A stretch of 64,000 bases of DNA. It comes from Malacoraja senta. Its lineage: Eukaryota. The translations under genes and the position numbers were made by a program. The notes beneath the pieces were generated by a model, which had not been told where the DNA came from, did no database searches, and saw nothing but the letters and a program-made list of their open reading frames with translations. Below are positions 1 to 12,140 of the stretch, in pieces. Numbering within the stretch: position 1 is the first letter of the stretch; each line of letters starts with the position of its first letter. The stretch spans positions 5,148,001 through 5,212,000 of the forward strand of contig CM075996.1 in assembly GCA_038087875.1 (NCBI GenBank), in the 5' to 3' direction.

Positions 1-377
1 CATGATCGCAATGAATGGCGGTGGTGGCTCGAAGGGCCGAATGGCCTCCTCCTGCACCTATTTTCTATGTTTCTATATGAGGCCATTTGGCCCATCGAGT
101 CTATGATACGATACGATAGAACTTTATTTCTCCCAGGAGGGAAATTGATCTGCCAACACTCATAAAAACACAAAAAAAGTTAAAATAAAATGACGAGTGG
201 AAAGGATTGGGGATGTGCAAAGATTGGGGAGGGGGGTCAGTCTCAGTCTACCCCATGACAGCTCGAATCAAGGGATACGGGGAGAAAGCAGGAACAGGGT
301 ACTGATTTTGGATGATCGGCCAAGATCATATTGACCAACCCAGGCTGGTTCGAAGGGCCAAATGGACTACTTTTAGT

Positions 378-680
378 TGAGTTTAGAGATACAGCATGGA
401 AACAGGCCCTTCGGCCCACCGGGTCCACGCTGACCAGCGATTAACACTATCCTACACCCACTAGGGATAGTTTTTACATTTACCAAGCCAATTAACCTAC
501 AAACCTGCACGTCTTTGGAGTGTGGGAGGAAACCGAAGATCTCGGAGAAAACCCACGCAGGTCACGGGGAGAACGTACAAACTCCGTACAGACAAGCACC
601 CGTAGTCGGGATCGAACCCGGGTCTCTGGGGCTGCATTCGCTGTAAGGCAACAACTCTACCGCTGCGCCACCGTGACCGC
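378..680 (-). mobile_element. tRNA-derived V-SINE (HE1-like); one of many copies
   Basis: tRNA-like head GTGGCGCAGCGGTAGAG...GGTTCGATCC, central GGAGTTTGTACGTTCTCCCCGTGACC, LINE-like tail. Other copies near 5360-5618, 7040-7300, 9500-9745, 17520-17820, 19665-19955, 24180-24390, 35730-35990, 48530-48812, 53020-53295, 61000-61300. Confidence 0.8.
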
Positions 681-684
681 CATA

Positions 685-1066
685 ATCTTCTACCCCACCA
701 TTCTACCTCCAGGTCCCTCAGGTCGGCCGACTTGGGGCGACTGGCTATCCCGCGATCTAGGTTTAAGCTCAGGGGTGACCGCGCTTTTGCGGTTGCAGCT
801 CCTAGACTGTGGAACAGCATCGTGCTCCTCATCAGAACTGCCCTCACCATCGACTCCTTTAAGTCACGACTCAAAACCTATTTCTACTCCCAAGCGATTT
901 TGAGCCCTTCTGATGCGGCACTGTAAACAGTTTGTGTATGTATTGTTAGGTCTGTCTACCGCTGTATGTATCAAATTAGTACCTGCACTGATGTGAAGCA
1001 CTTTGGTCAACGTGAGTTGTTTTTAAACGTGCTGTACAAATACATTTATTATTATTATTATTATTA
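685..1066 (+). mobile_element. L2-like LINE 3' fragment
   Basis: [26 protein letters not shown]...FKSRLKTY followed by a (TTA)n tail. Confidence 0.75.
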
Positions 1067-1199
1067 CTCCTGCACTTATTTTCTATGTTTCTGTCCATGT
1101 TTCCCAGAGATGCTGCCTGACCCCCCCGAGTTACTCCAGCGCTTGGTGTCCTAACATGGGCTCTGTTGCCATGAAGGTAGGTTGCGATTGGCTGCGGAC

Positions 1200-1379
1200 C
1201 TGTGGTATGGTGATGGGGATGTCGGTGAGCTGTCTCCTGATGCAGGTCACCACGCCGTGGAGGTTGTCGCAGATGCAGTAGGGCGGGCAGGCTGCGGTCC
1301 CTACCGCCAGGGCAGCAAGGATGGCGGTCAGTGTCCAGAGTGGAGGAGCCCTGCTCTGACCGGGACAGCGACTGGGCAT
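1200..1379 (-). CDS. CHADL: Chondroadherin-like (CHADL) first coding exon: signal peptide + LRRNT cap; rest of gene lies beyond the left edge of the window
   Basis: Encodes MPSRCPGQSRAPPLWTLTAILAALAVGTAACPPYCICDNLHGVVTCIRRQLTDIPITIPQ, similar to the human CHADL N-terminus (CPQACICDNSRRHVACRYQNLTEVPDAIPE). Acceptor ...cctttacAG directly precedes the ATG; phase-0 donor CAG|GTCCGC. Same strand as and downstream of RANGAP1, as in human. Only 60 aa are visible. Confidence 0.75.
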
Positions 1380-1656
1380 CTGTAAAGGTAAGACCATCAC
1401 ACCGTGAAGCTCAGACAGGACAACGTGTTTTAGGGAAGTGCATTTCTTTACGATACAATACAATAGAACTTTATTTATCCCAGGAGGGAAATTGATCTGC
1501 CAACAGTCATAAAAATCTAAATACATGAAACATTAATTTTAATTTTTGCTTTTTTTTTCTAAAATGTAATTATTGGTTCTGTTCTATTCTGTTCTGTAGT
1601 TTTTGCACAATCCGCAGCCATTGCCACTTTCATTTCACTGCACATCTTGTATGTGT

Positions 1657-1971
1657 CTTCTTATCTTATCTCACTGGCTATGATGCCTTCTGGCATGTAG
1701 GGCAGCTACGAAGGCCCTCCACTCAGTAGTGTTGGTTCCTCCAGTTGCTGTTTCCGTAACATATTTGTTTTACGAGACAGGGTTGTTAGCCCTGTGCTCA
1801 ACCTCCAACCTGGAGGAACCAGTGGATCGCTCTTCGTCTGGCCTCTCTACCCTTCCACCTGTCCAGCATGGGAGACCCTAACAGGAGACGAATCTCCCGC
1901 TGGCATAGCTCTAAGGGTCACTGAGACACACAAGCTCCCCGACCACGACAAGGTTGCAATCCAACGGGGAG
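1657..1971 (-). mobile_element. Non-autonomous RTE-type retroelement (5' UTR joined to 3' tail)
   Basis: 11-bp TSD CTTGTATGTGT (1646-1656 and 1972-1982). Minus strand shows an RTE/Expander-like 5' UTR (ACCTTGTCGTGGTCGGGGAGCTTG...GAGCTATGCC...CCTCCAGGTTGGAGGTTG...GGGCTAACAACCC) and a (TAAGA)n tail. Confidence 0.65.
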
Positions 1972-2223
1972 CTTGTATGTGTATGTGACAAATAAAGTTG
2001 ACTTGAAATTAAAGTGTTGAGTGGAAAAGTGCTGTAAGACAGCAATTCTACCGCTGCATTACCACCAGGTAGGCTTGTGGTCAAAGATGTTGGTTTGGAA
2101 GAACTTTTCCCTCAAAGGATAGGTAGTGTGACAATGTCCAATTAATTGGGACATTGGGCACAACAGGCCCAGGCCCATCCTTCGCAACACCGGGGATTGG
2201 TAGAATCTTGGCACATGGTGATA

Positions 2224-2755
2224 CTTGGTTGCCAACTGTCCCGTATTAGCCGGGACGTCCCGTCTATTGGGCTAAATTGGTTTGTCCCGTACGGGACCGC
2301 CCTTGTCCCGTATTTGACCGCTACTACTCGGGTCGAGGGGACTGTCGGGCCAGAGCGCCGCGTCCGGCCCCGCCTCACCCGTCCCGACGTAGTGCAGCCC
2401 ATGGAGTGCAGCAGCAGCAGCAGCGCCTCGCCCGTGGCCCCGTCGGTCGGCCGGCAGCCCGGCCAGCTGTCCGACCTTCGGACCTTCGCTGACCGCCGAC
2501 ACCACCACCACCACCCCTCCTTCTCACGGCCGACCATCGGTTCATGAGTTGGACGGTGCGCCGGACTTTGAGGTGGGGTGCCAAAACTCCTCAGCTGGGC
2601 CCCGCCGGCTGGGCTTTGTGTGCAGTCCAGCACCCGGGGCCAACTCATCATTCACCCAGCCACGGTCGAGTCGCTCAACGTATCGCCGTCGGGAATTTGT
2701 CCCGTATTTTGACCTTTTGCCCCTTATTTGGGAGTGAGAAAGTTGGCCACCCAAG
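2224..2755. mobile_element. Non-autonomous hAT-like DNA transposon, GC-rich
   Basis: Imperfect terminal inverted repeats CTTGGTTGCCAACT / AGTTGGCCACCCAAG with subterminal GTCCCGTA repeats at both ends. Confidence 0.6.
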
Positions 2756-3010
2756 TGCCCATGCACTTTGGTTCCAGGCATAGCCTGATGCTGCCACACA
2801 TGAAGGTGGCCATCAGGAGGAATGCAATGTAGGTATCCGTTGGTCTGTGGTCCATGTGCATCTCCACCCAGGTCCAGAGATGATGTACCCTGAGCCCCTG
2901 AAGATATGGGTTTGGGTGGGAAACCAGTGTGTGTGTGTGGGGTGTGTGACGAAGAAGGGATGAGTACTTTTTGCAACTTCGCCGGATACTTTGTTGCGAC
3001 TTTTCTGTGC

Positions 3011-3145
3011 ACTTTGCAACAAAGATACTTTGCAACAAGGATACTTTGCAACAAAGATACTTTGCAACAAAGATACTTTGCAACAAAGATACTTTGCAAC
3101 AAAGATACTTTGCAACAAAGATACTTTGCAACAAAGATACTTTGC
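3011..3145. repeat. 16-bp tandem repeat (ACTTTGCAACAAAGAT) x8 plus a partial unit
   Basis: Read directly; one unit carries AAGGAT. Confidence 0.95.
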
Positions 3146-5618
3146 GTGCAAATAGCAAATCGTTTCACTGCACCTAGCCGGGGACAAGTGACTGTAAAGT
3201 ATCATCAACTGTACACTAACCAACTGTTGGTCTTTACACGGTCACCAGCTCAAGGAGATGGTGAAATTGGCGAGTAAAAGTCACAGCCTTTGGAGAAGAT
3301 TTGAGATGATACAACAAGACCTTGTAAATGTATTAAAACCACTAACCTTTCTTGCTGGAAGTCGGCCTGCCTCTGGAACTGCCGACTCGGGAGTGAAAGG
3401 GGGGATTTAAGACTGGTTCTGGGTCCCTGCTGTCAGAGGCTTCAGATGAATGAGCAATTCAAGCAGGAATCTGTCCGACTGTTGTTGTTTTTTTGTGCTC
3501 ACAGTGCGATTCCGGCCGTGGTCAGTCCAGACAGAGACGGTGGGAGATATTCCCCAGCGGGTGTTTCAAAGATGCTGGAAAGTCGAAGGTAGACAAAAGT
3601 GCTGGAGAAACTCAGCGGGTGCAGCAGCATCTATGGAGCGAAGGAAAATAGGGCAACGTTTCGGGCCGAAACCCCTTTCTTCAGACGTGAGCTCCGAGGT
3701 TGCCAAGTTTGCTGATGGTTTGGAGATAGGGGGGCAAGGGGGTTGGTTGGAGGTGTGCGTTGGTGGGAGAGGGGAGGGGAGAGGAGGTTGGTGGGAGAAT
3801 GCGACTAGGAATTTTCCACTGACTTGGAAGAGTTATCCAGGAATTTGTGTTCAGGAGCTGCCTCTGAGGTCGCAGCGAAGGGAACAAAGAGACTTTTCAC
3901 CAAAGATCCTATGAGCTTTTCACCTCCCCGCCGTACGTTTGGACAGACCAGCGAATACTGGCGCCTCTGTTCAAACCTCTGGGACTGCAGGGACTGGGAC
4001 CTGGTCCACTCAGAGCCCAGCCAAGCCTCCCTGCCTCACACACACACACACACTGCACTGACCTGCCAGGGGTGTGTGTGTGTGTGTGCATCGGGGGGAG
4101 TGCAGTGGAGAGATACGTTTTTTTGCCTTCCATCACAGCGCTGTGATGGATGTATGTGTAAATTGTGTTGTGTCTCGGGTCTTCTTCGTTTTGTAATGTA
4201 TGGCTGCAGAAAGGACATTTCGTTTGGACCTCAGGGGGTCCAAATGACAAATTTGTCCAAAAGACAAATAAAATTGTATTGTATTGAATTGTATTGTATC
4301 GGGTGCCCTCTTTCTCCAGTGTCTCTGGGGGAGAGATGTGTGGGAGGGGAGTATGCGCTGCCCCCCCCCTCTCCCCTCCCATGGGGATGGCAGATAACAG
4401 GTTACAGGAAATACCTGGGGGGAGTGGGAATGCATCGGTTGAGGGGGCCGAATGGTCCAGTTCTATGTCATAGAGTCACAGAGTGATACGGCGTGGAAAC
4501 AGGCCCTTGGGCCCAACTTGCCCACACCGGTCAACATGTCCCCGCTACACCAGCCCCACCTGCCTGCGCTTGGTCCATATCCCTCCAAACCTGTCCTATC
4601 CATGTACCTGTCTGACCCTTCTTAAACCTTGGGGTAGTCCAGGCATCTACTACCTCCTCTGGCAGCTCGTTCCATACACACACCACCCTTTGTGTGAAAA
4701 AGTTATTCCTACTAAATCATTTCCCCTACACTTTAAACCTGTGTCCTCTGGTCCTCGATTCCCCATACTCTGGGCAAGAGACTCTGTGTGTCTACCCGAT
4801 CTATTCCTCTCATGATTTTATACACCTCTTAAGATCACCCCTCATCCTCCTGCGCTCCAGGGAATAGAGTCCCAGCCTACTCAACCTCTGCCTATAGCTC
4901 AGACCCTCTAGTCCTGGCAACATCCTCGTAAATCTTCTCTGTACCCTTTCCAGCTTGACAACAACAGCTTTCCTATAACATGGTGCCCGGAACAATGAAT
5001 GGCGGTGCTGGCTCGAAGGGCCGAATGGCCTCCTCCTGCACCAATTTTTCTATGTTTCTAAATGAGGCCATTTGGCCCATCGAGTCTATGATACGATTCG
5101 ATAGAACTTTATTTCTCCCAGGAGGGAAATTGATCTGCCAACAGTCATAAAAACACACAAAAAAAATAATTAAAATGACGAGTGGAAAGGATTGGGGATG
5201 TGCAAAGATTGGGGAGGGGGGTCAGTCTCAGTCTACCCCATGACAGCACGAATCAAGGGATACAGGGAGAAAGCAGGAACGGGGTACTGATTTTGGATGA
5301 TCGGCCAAGATCATGTTGACCAACCCAGGCTGGTTCAAAGGGCCAAATGGACTACTTTTAGTTTAATTTATTTTAGAGATACATCATGGAAATGGGCCTC
5401 CTACACACACTAGGGACAATTTTTACATTTATACCAAGCCAATTAACCTACAAACCTGCACGTCTTTGGAGTGTGGGAGGAAACCGAAGATCTCGGAGAA
5501 AACCCACGCGGGTCACGGGAGAACGTACAAACTCCGTACAGACAAGCACCCGTAGTCGGGATCCAACCCGGGTCTCCTGCGCTGCATTCGCTGTAAGGCA
5601 ACAACTCTACTGCTGCGC

Positions 5619-5818
5619 NNNNNNNNNNNNNNNNNNNNNNNNNNNNNNNNNNNNNNNNNNNNNNNNNNNNNNNNNNNNNNNNNNNNNNNNNNNNNNNNNN
5701 NNNNNNNNNNNNNNNNNNNNNNNNNNNNNNNNNNNNNNNNNNNNNNNNNNNNNNNNNNNNNNNNNNNNNNNNNNNNNNNNNNNNNNNNNNNNNNNNNNNN
5801 NNNNNNNNNNNNNNNNNN
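5619..5818. other. Assembly gap (200 N)
   Basis: Run of N characters. Confidence 1.
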
Positions 5819-7747
5819 AATAGAGGAGGTCAGGAGATATGGGGAGAAGGCAGGAACGGGGTACTGATTGGGGATGATCAGCCATGATCACTGGCTCGGA
5901 GGGCCGAATGGCCTACTCCTGCACCTATTGCCTGTTGTCTATTAACATTGTTTCCACCACCCCACCGCTGCAAAGCCTACCCCAATGCGCCACCCGGTAA
6001 GGTATTATCCTTCAGTGTTCTTCTAGCAGGTGTTCAGTGGGCAGTGGGCAGAAGTCGTGCCTTTGAACCAGAAGGTTGTGACATCCAACCTCTCCCCAGA
6101 GACTGAAGCTCACACAGACCTTCAGGGACTGAAGAAGGGTTTCGACCCGACATCTCAGTAACGTTCCATCCTGGCAAATCATAACCAACGCTATCTTTCC
6201 CTTTAGTAAAACAGCTCTGCTGACCCGAGACAAACACAAAATAAATATTAAAAAGGAAATAGGCAACGTTTCGGGTCGAAACCCTCGGGTTTCGACCCGA
6301 AATGTTGCCTATTTCCTTCGCCCCACCTCCAGTTTAAATTCCATTTGGAATATTTTGGAGGACCAAGAAACCAAGAACCAAGATGCTGCCTCACCCGCTG
6401 AGTTTCTCCAGCATTTTTTTGTCTACCTATTCACACACAGCGATCCTTCAGATGAGAAGTTAGAGCCTGCCTGCTCCCTCTGGTGGAGGTTAAATGTACC
6501 ACAGCACCGAGTGTTGCAGACTTCATCCTGTTGCGTTGATCCGCATTAATCCCTCACCCAACCAAAGAAAGATTTCAGTTTTGGGGCTCACTGTGCACAG
6601 ATTATCTGCCTTGTCTCCAACCTCCAGCCTTTTAGCGTTACAGTGGCGCAGCGGTAGAGTTGCAGCCTCATTACGCCAGATTTCCCAGTCCGATCCTGAC
6701 GACAGACGCTGTCAAGTCAAGTCAAGTCACTTTTATTTCTATAGCACATTTAAAACACAACTCTCGTTGACCAAAGTGCTTTACATTGGTAGAGGTACTG
6801 ACGTTATACAACAGTGGTTCATAGATTAAGTACATACATAAATACATACATATAGCCCTCCCTCAGAGGACGTCAAGAAAGGCTAAAAAAAAATATCTAA
6901 AAAATAAAAAAATAATAAAAAAAAGGCTTGAGAGTAAAGATGAGTTTTAAGTCTCGACTTAAAGGAGTCGATGGAGGGGGCAGTTCTGATGGGAAGAGGG
7001 ATGCTGTTCCACAGTCTAGGAGCTGCAACTGCAAAGGCGTGGTCGCCCCTGAGCTTATGCCTGTCTGTACGGAGTTTGTACGTTCTCCCCGTGACCTGCG
7101 TGGTTTTTCTCCGGGATCTCCGGTTTCCTCCCACATCCCAAAGTCGTGCAGGTTTGTAGGCCAATTGGCTCGGTAAGTGTGAAAATTGGCCCAGGTGCGT
7201 GTGGGATAGTGTTAATTTGTGGTGACCTGCTGGTCGCCGCGGACCCGGTGGGCCGAAGGGCCTGTCTGTTTCTGCGCTGTATCTCTAAACTAAACTAAAT
7301 TGAGGAGACGATGTTTTGGGGGGAGGTTTACAGGCAACGTTGCCACGCTGTGTTGTCCTGGGAGAGGTGAGTGTTGAAAGTTGAAAGTGGAAAATTCACC
7401 AGCAGGGAGGTCATTCATGTTTGTCCTGTTAAAACAGATATATTGTATGGTGCTAAAACATTGCTGCTGACAGCTTGTTCCCAGGCTCCTAGTGAGAGAG
7501 CCGCTTGCTGAATCAGCCTGTAGCAGAAAAACTAGAGGACAAAAGCAGGAAGCCGATCGGCAGCAGATACCATTAATAGACGACTGGAAATGACTTATAT
7601 CCCCTGCACCAAGTGTACTCTTTAGATAAACATTGGCTCTCTAATGCAGACAAGCTTGCATTTATAGGAAATTAAACACTGCATAATGCTGGAAATCTGA
7701 AATAAAGACGGAAAATGCTTGAAGCACGAGGTTCAGGCAGAATCTGT

Positions 7748-8555
7748 GGGCAGAGAGGGGCAGAGAGAGGGGGCAGAGAGAGAGAGGGGCAGAGAGAGAG
7801 AGGGGCAGAGAGGGAGAGGGGCAGAGAGAGAGAGGCAGAGAGAGAGAGAGGCAGAGAGGGAGAGAGGCAGAGAGGGAGAGAGGCAGAGAGAGAGAGAGGC
7901 ACAGAGAGGGAGAGACAGAGGGAGAGACAGAGGGAGAGACAGAGGGAGAGAGAGAGAGGGGTAGAGAGAGAGAGAGGCAGGAAGAGAGAGAGGCAGAGAG
8001 AGAGAGGGAGAGACAGAGGGAGAGAGAGAGAGGGGGAGAGAGAGAGGGGCAGAGAGAGAGGGGCAGAGAGAGAGGGGGAGAGAGAGAGAGGCAGGAAGAG
8101 AGAGAGGCAGATAGAGAGGGGGAGAGAGAGAGAGGCAGGAAGAGAGAGAGGCAGAGAGAGAGAGGGGCAGAGAGAGAGGGGCAGAGAGAGAGAGGGGCAG
8201 AGAGAGAGAGGGGCAGAGAGAGAGAGGGGCAGAGAGAGAGAGGGGCAGAGAGAGAGAGGGGCAGAGAGAGAGAGAGGGGCAGAGAGAGAGAGAGGGGCAG
8301 AGAGAGAGAGAGGGGCAGAGAGAGAGGGGCAGAGAGAGAGAGAGGGGAAGAGAGAGAGAGGGGAAGAGAGAGAGAGGGGAGAGAGAGAGAGAGAGGAGCA
8401 CAGAGAGAGAGGGCAGAGAGAGAGAGGGGCAGAGAGAGAGAGGGGCAGAGAGAGAGAGGGGCAGAGAGAGAGAGTGGCAGAGAGAGAGAGGGGCAGAGAG
8501 AGAGAGGGGCAGAGAGAGAGGCAGACAGAGAGAGACAGAGAGAGAGAGAGACAGA
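7748..8555. repeat. Purine-rich (GA)n/GGGGCAGAGAGAGA compound microsatellite
   Basis: About 800 bp of almost pure G/A with recurring GGGGCA(GA)n units. Confidence 0.97.
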
Positions 8556-9745
8556 GGTGAACTCTTGGGGGAGCTGTGGACCAAATGGTAGGTTTTACTA
8601 TCTTAAACAATGCGATTTTGCATTTATCCTCTGGAAACCTTTCATTCCTCTGCTCTGTCCTCTGCTCTGTCCCACAGCGATCAAACTCAGTCAGTAAACG
8701 AATACCCATCCTTCCCTGCACTCTATCCCAACCCTGAGCTGCACCACACCGTACCCATTGTGATCCCAAACCATGGTGCCATCTTGTATCCCATCCTGAC
8801 CCCAATTCCCACCCCAACCTTGTATCCCACCACAACACAACTATGCCCGAGGAGCTGCTTCATCAATACAAGATACAAGATACATTTATTTGTCCCATGT
8901 GCCAGTTGGCACAGTGAAATGTAATCACCATACAGCCATACAGTAAAAATAAAGAACACAACATAGAGTTGATAGAATTCAACATAAAACATCCCCCCCC
9001 ACAGCAGAATCAAAGTTTCCCACTGTGAGGGAAGGCACCAAAGTCTGTCATCCTCCTGTAATGTTCCCCCGTGGTCGAGGCCTCCCCGAGCCTCCGCAGT
9101 CGCCGCTACGGGCGGCCTGATGTTCAGGCCCGCTCGCCGGGGTGATGTAAGTCCGACGTCGGGGCTGGGGGACCTCCTCAGCGGCCTGGACATCCGAGTC
9201 GGCCACATGTGACAATGGCCTCTACTTCATCTTAGGTTCAACAAAAATCAGTTAACCAGCTATCCATCCCACCATTTGGAATTCCCGACAGTTCAGCATC
9301 TGACTCACCAGGCTCCATTTCTATGTGTCGGGGCCCTAGTTTCCGGGCCCCTGTCTATTTGTCAGGCCCCAGTTCCCGTTCCTCCTTCCCCTCAGTTCCA
9401 ACTTGCTGGGGGCCCCCACTTCCCACGACTCAACCCGGGCCCCGGTTCCCATCCTTCCAGTCCAAACTGCAATGGTGAATCATGATCACCTCTGGGCCTT
9501 ACTTTAGGCTTTAGAGACACAGTGCAGAAACAGGCCCTTCAGCCCGCGCCGACCAGTGATCACCCCGTGCAGTAACATCATCCCACACACTGGGGACAAT
9601 TTACGATTTTTTACTGAAGCCAATTAACGTACAAACTTGCATGTCTTTGGAGTGTGGGAGGAAACCGGAGCACCCGGAGAAAACCCACGCGGTAACAGAC
9701 TCCATACAGACAGCACCCATAGTCAGGATCGAATTCTGGTCTCTG

Positions 9746-10722
9746 TCAATATATGGTTCCAGACATATTAGACGATTGCATGAATAGAAAGTCGGATTCA
9801 AATAAGTTAATATCGTACCTTTATAATACTCTTTTAAATATACAAACCCCAACATTAGAATTAAATCAAACATTTACAACAACACAAAGAAACTTTATTG
9901 ATTATAGTATAATAACAGGAAAAAAATTAATTCTAAAATTTTGGAAAGGCCCTACGACCCCCACAATCAAAATGTGGATTATAGAAATGACGGAGACCTT
10001 AAACGTGGAAAGAATCAGATTTTCCCTGTTGGACAAACAGGAATTATTCGTTGGAACATGGTCTCCCTTTATTGATTATTTAAAGGGTCAGAATGGTTCA
10101 GCACAGGAACCTGACTAACACTCGGGCTAAAGAATGGATGAAATGCTATACTCTGAAATGTACGAATATATCTCGAATGAAGTTTTTTATTTTAATACAT
10201 TTTTCCATTCTTCTTTAACTATCTTTCTCTTTTTTTTTTTTTTTTTTTTTTTTCTCTTTTTCTTCTCTCTCTTTTCTTTCTTTACTTCATCTATCTTTTT
10301 AGTTCTATCTAGTTTAAAAAAAAAGGCAAAAGGTATTGGAGACAATGTAATAATAATTGACAATATTATCAATTTAAAATGTAAGACTGTAATGATGTTA
10401 ATAGGTTGTGTACTTATCTCCAATAAAAAAATATTTTCAAAAAAAAATATATATATATACAAACCCCATCGTCGGAAATAATTAGGCGAGCTTGGGAAGA
10501 TGAACTGGGCCTAACAATTTTAAAAGATAGATGGGAGGAAAGCCTTCTATATATACACAACTGTTCTCTTAACGTTAGGCATTCATTTATACAATTTAAA
10601 ATACTGCATAAACTTTATTATTCAAAGTCTACACTGAATAAGATGTCTCCCCTATTTGTGATAAATGTTCTATTCTTGTACAATTGCTTCTAATAAAAAT
10701 AATTTTAAATGTTTTTTAAAAA
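9746..10722 (+). mobile_element. L1/Tx1-like LINE fragments (one nested in another) inserted in a V-SINE
   Basis: ORF2 C-terminal peptides (KKLILKFWK...MWIIEM...ERIRF...WSPFIDYL; AWEDELG...QFKILHKLYYS...ICDKC), AATAAA plus A-rich tails, and TSDs described in findings. Confidence 0.75.
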
Positions 10723-10869
10723 GAATTCTGGTCCCTGGCGCTGAAGCAGCAACTCCACCACCGTGCCGTCCAACACTTGGTATTAGTTTGTTATTATCAC
10801 ATTGTGTGCTATTCAATGAAAACATCCAAGACAGGAGTACAATCATGCCATATACACGAGTGAGGCCCA

Positions 10870-11305
10870 ACACAAAACTGGAGGAACAGCACCTCATATT
10901 TCACTTGGGCAGCTTACACCCCAGCGGTATGAACATTGACTTCTCTAACTTTAAGTGACCCCTGCTTTCCCTCACTCTCCACCCCTTCTCCCATCCTAGT
11001 TCTCTGACTAGTTCCACTGTTCTTCTGATTTAATATTACCGGTTGTATGCCCCGTTGACACCTTCCCCTCAGCTATCACTGATCCATTCTACATTTTCCA
11101 TGATCAACGTCCCCCTTGGTCTCTCGTTTTCACACCTTACCCTTCCATATCTCTCCCCTCCCCTGACACTCAGTCTGAAGAAGAGTCTCGCCCAGAAAGG
11201 TCTCCCATTTCTTCCCTCCAGAGATGCTGCCTGTGCCACTGAGTTACTCCGGCATTTTGTGTCTATCTTCGGTTTAAACCAGCACCTGCAGTTCCTTCTT
11301 ACACA
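10870..11305 (+). mobile_element. Penelope-like element 3' fragment
   Basis: KLEEQHLIFHLGSLHPSGMNIDFSNF* (GIY-YIG endonuclease C-terminus type), pyrimidine-rich 3' UTR, terminal CTGAAGAAG...GAGATGCTGCC...GAGTTACTCC repeat. Confidence 0.7.
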
Positions 11306-11749
11306 CTTGGTTCTAAAATGTCAGCCTGTGAGTGTACGAGGATCAGATCCACTCATGTTCTGACACAATTTCCAATGGCTCACAAGACCACGAACTGTCA
11401 GAGCGGCGCGGAAGCGCAGCGGTAGAGTTGCTGCCTCACAGCGCCAGCTAGTGCAAAGATAGACACAAAAAGCTGGAGTAACTCAGCGGGACAGGCACCA
11501 TCTCTGGAGAGAAGGAATGGGTGACCCTTCTTCAGGCCTCGACCCGAAACGTCACCCATTCCTTCACTCCCGAGATGCTGCCTGCCCCGCTGAGTTACTC
11601 CAGCATTTTGTGTCTATCTTCGGTTTAAAGCAGCATCTGCAGTTCCTTCACACACAGGTGGTGCGAAGAGATGTGGGAAGCTTTGTGGACATTCGTGAGG
11701 AGTTACAAATGAATGAAAGGCAGCACAGGGGCAGCACTAAGTCTGAACG

Positions 11750-12140
11750 ACTTAGACAATAGACAATAGGTGCAGGAGTAGGCCATTCGGCCCTTCGAGC
11801 CAGCACCGCCGTTCAATGTGATCATGGCTGATCATCCCCAATCAGTACCCCGTTCCTGACTTCTCCCCATATCCCCTGACTCCGCTATCTTTAAGAGCCT
11901 TATCTAGCTCTCTCTTGAAAGCATCCAGAGAACCTGCCTCCACCACCCTCCGAGGCAGAGAATTCCACAGACTCACCACTCTCTGTGAGAAAAAGTGTGT
12001 CCCCGTCTCCGTTCTAAATGGCTTACTCCTTATTCTTAAACTGTGGCCCCTGGTTCTGGTCTCCCCCGACATCGGGAACATGTTTCCTGCCTCTAGCGTG
12101 TCCAAGCCCTTAACAATCTTATATGGTTCAATGAGATCCA
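11750..12140 (-). mobile_element. CR1-like LINE 3' fragment
   Basis: DLIEPYKIVKGLD...RTRGHSLRI...[14 protein letters not shown]; (CTATTGT)n tail. Confidence 0.85.

Noticed and set aside
590..680. tRNA genes at the many GTGGCGCAGCGGTAGAG...GGTTCGATCC motifs
   Set aside because: These are tRNA-derived SINE heads that continue into SINE body sequence with no proper acceptor stem.
2142..2783. Cluster of GC-rich overlapping ORFs or a CpG-island promoter
   Set aside because: Contained within a TIR-bounded non-autonomous DNA transposon; the translations have no recognisable domain.
3347..3560. Untranslated first exon of CHADL (donor-like AAG|GTTAGT on the minus strand at 3346)
   Set aside because: Only a donor-like motif supports it; not enough to call without transcript data.
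7672..8838. Long ORFs (281-388 aa, ER-rich or SL-rich)
   Set aside because: Artefacts of the GA microsatellite, which lacks stop codons; no domain content.
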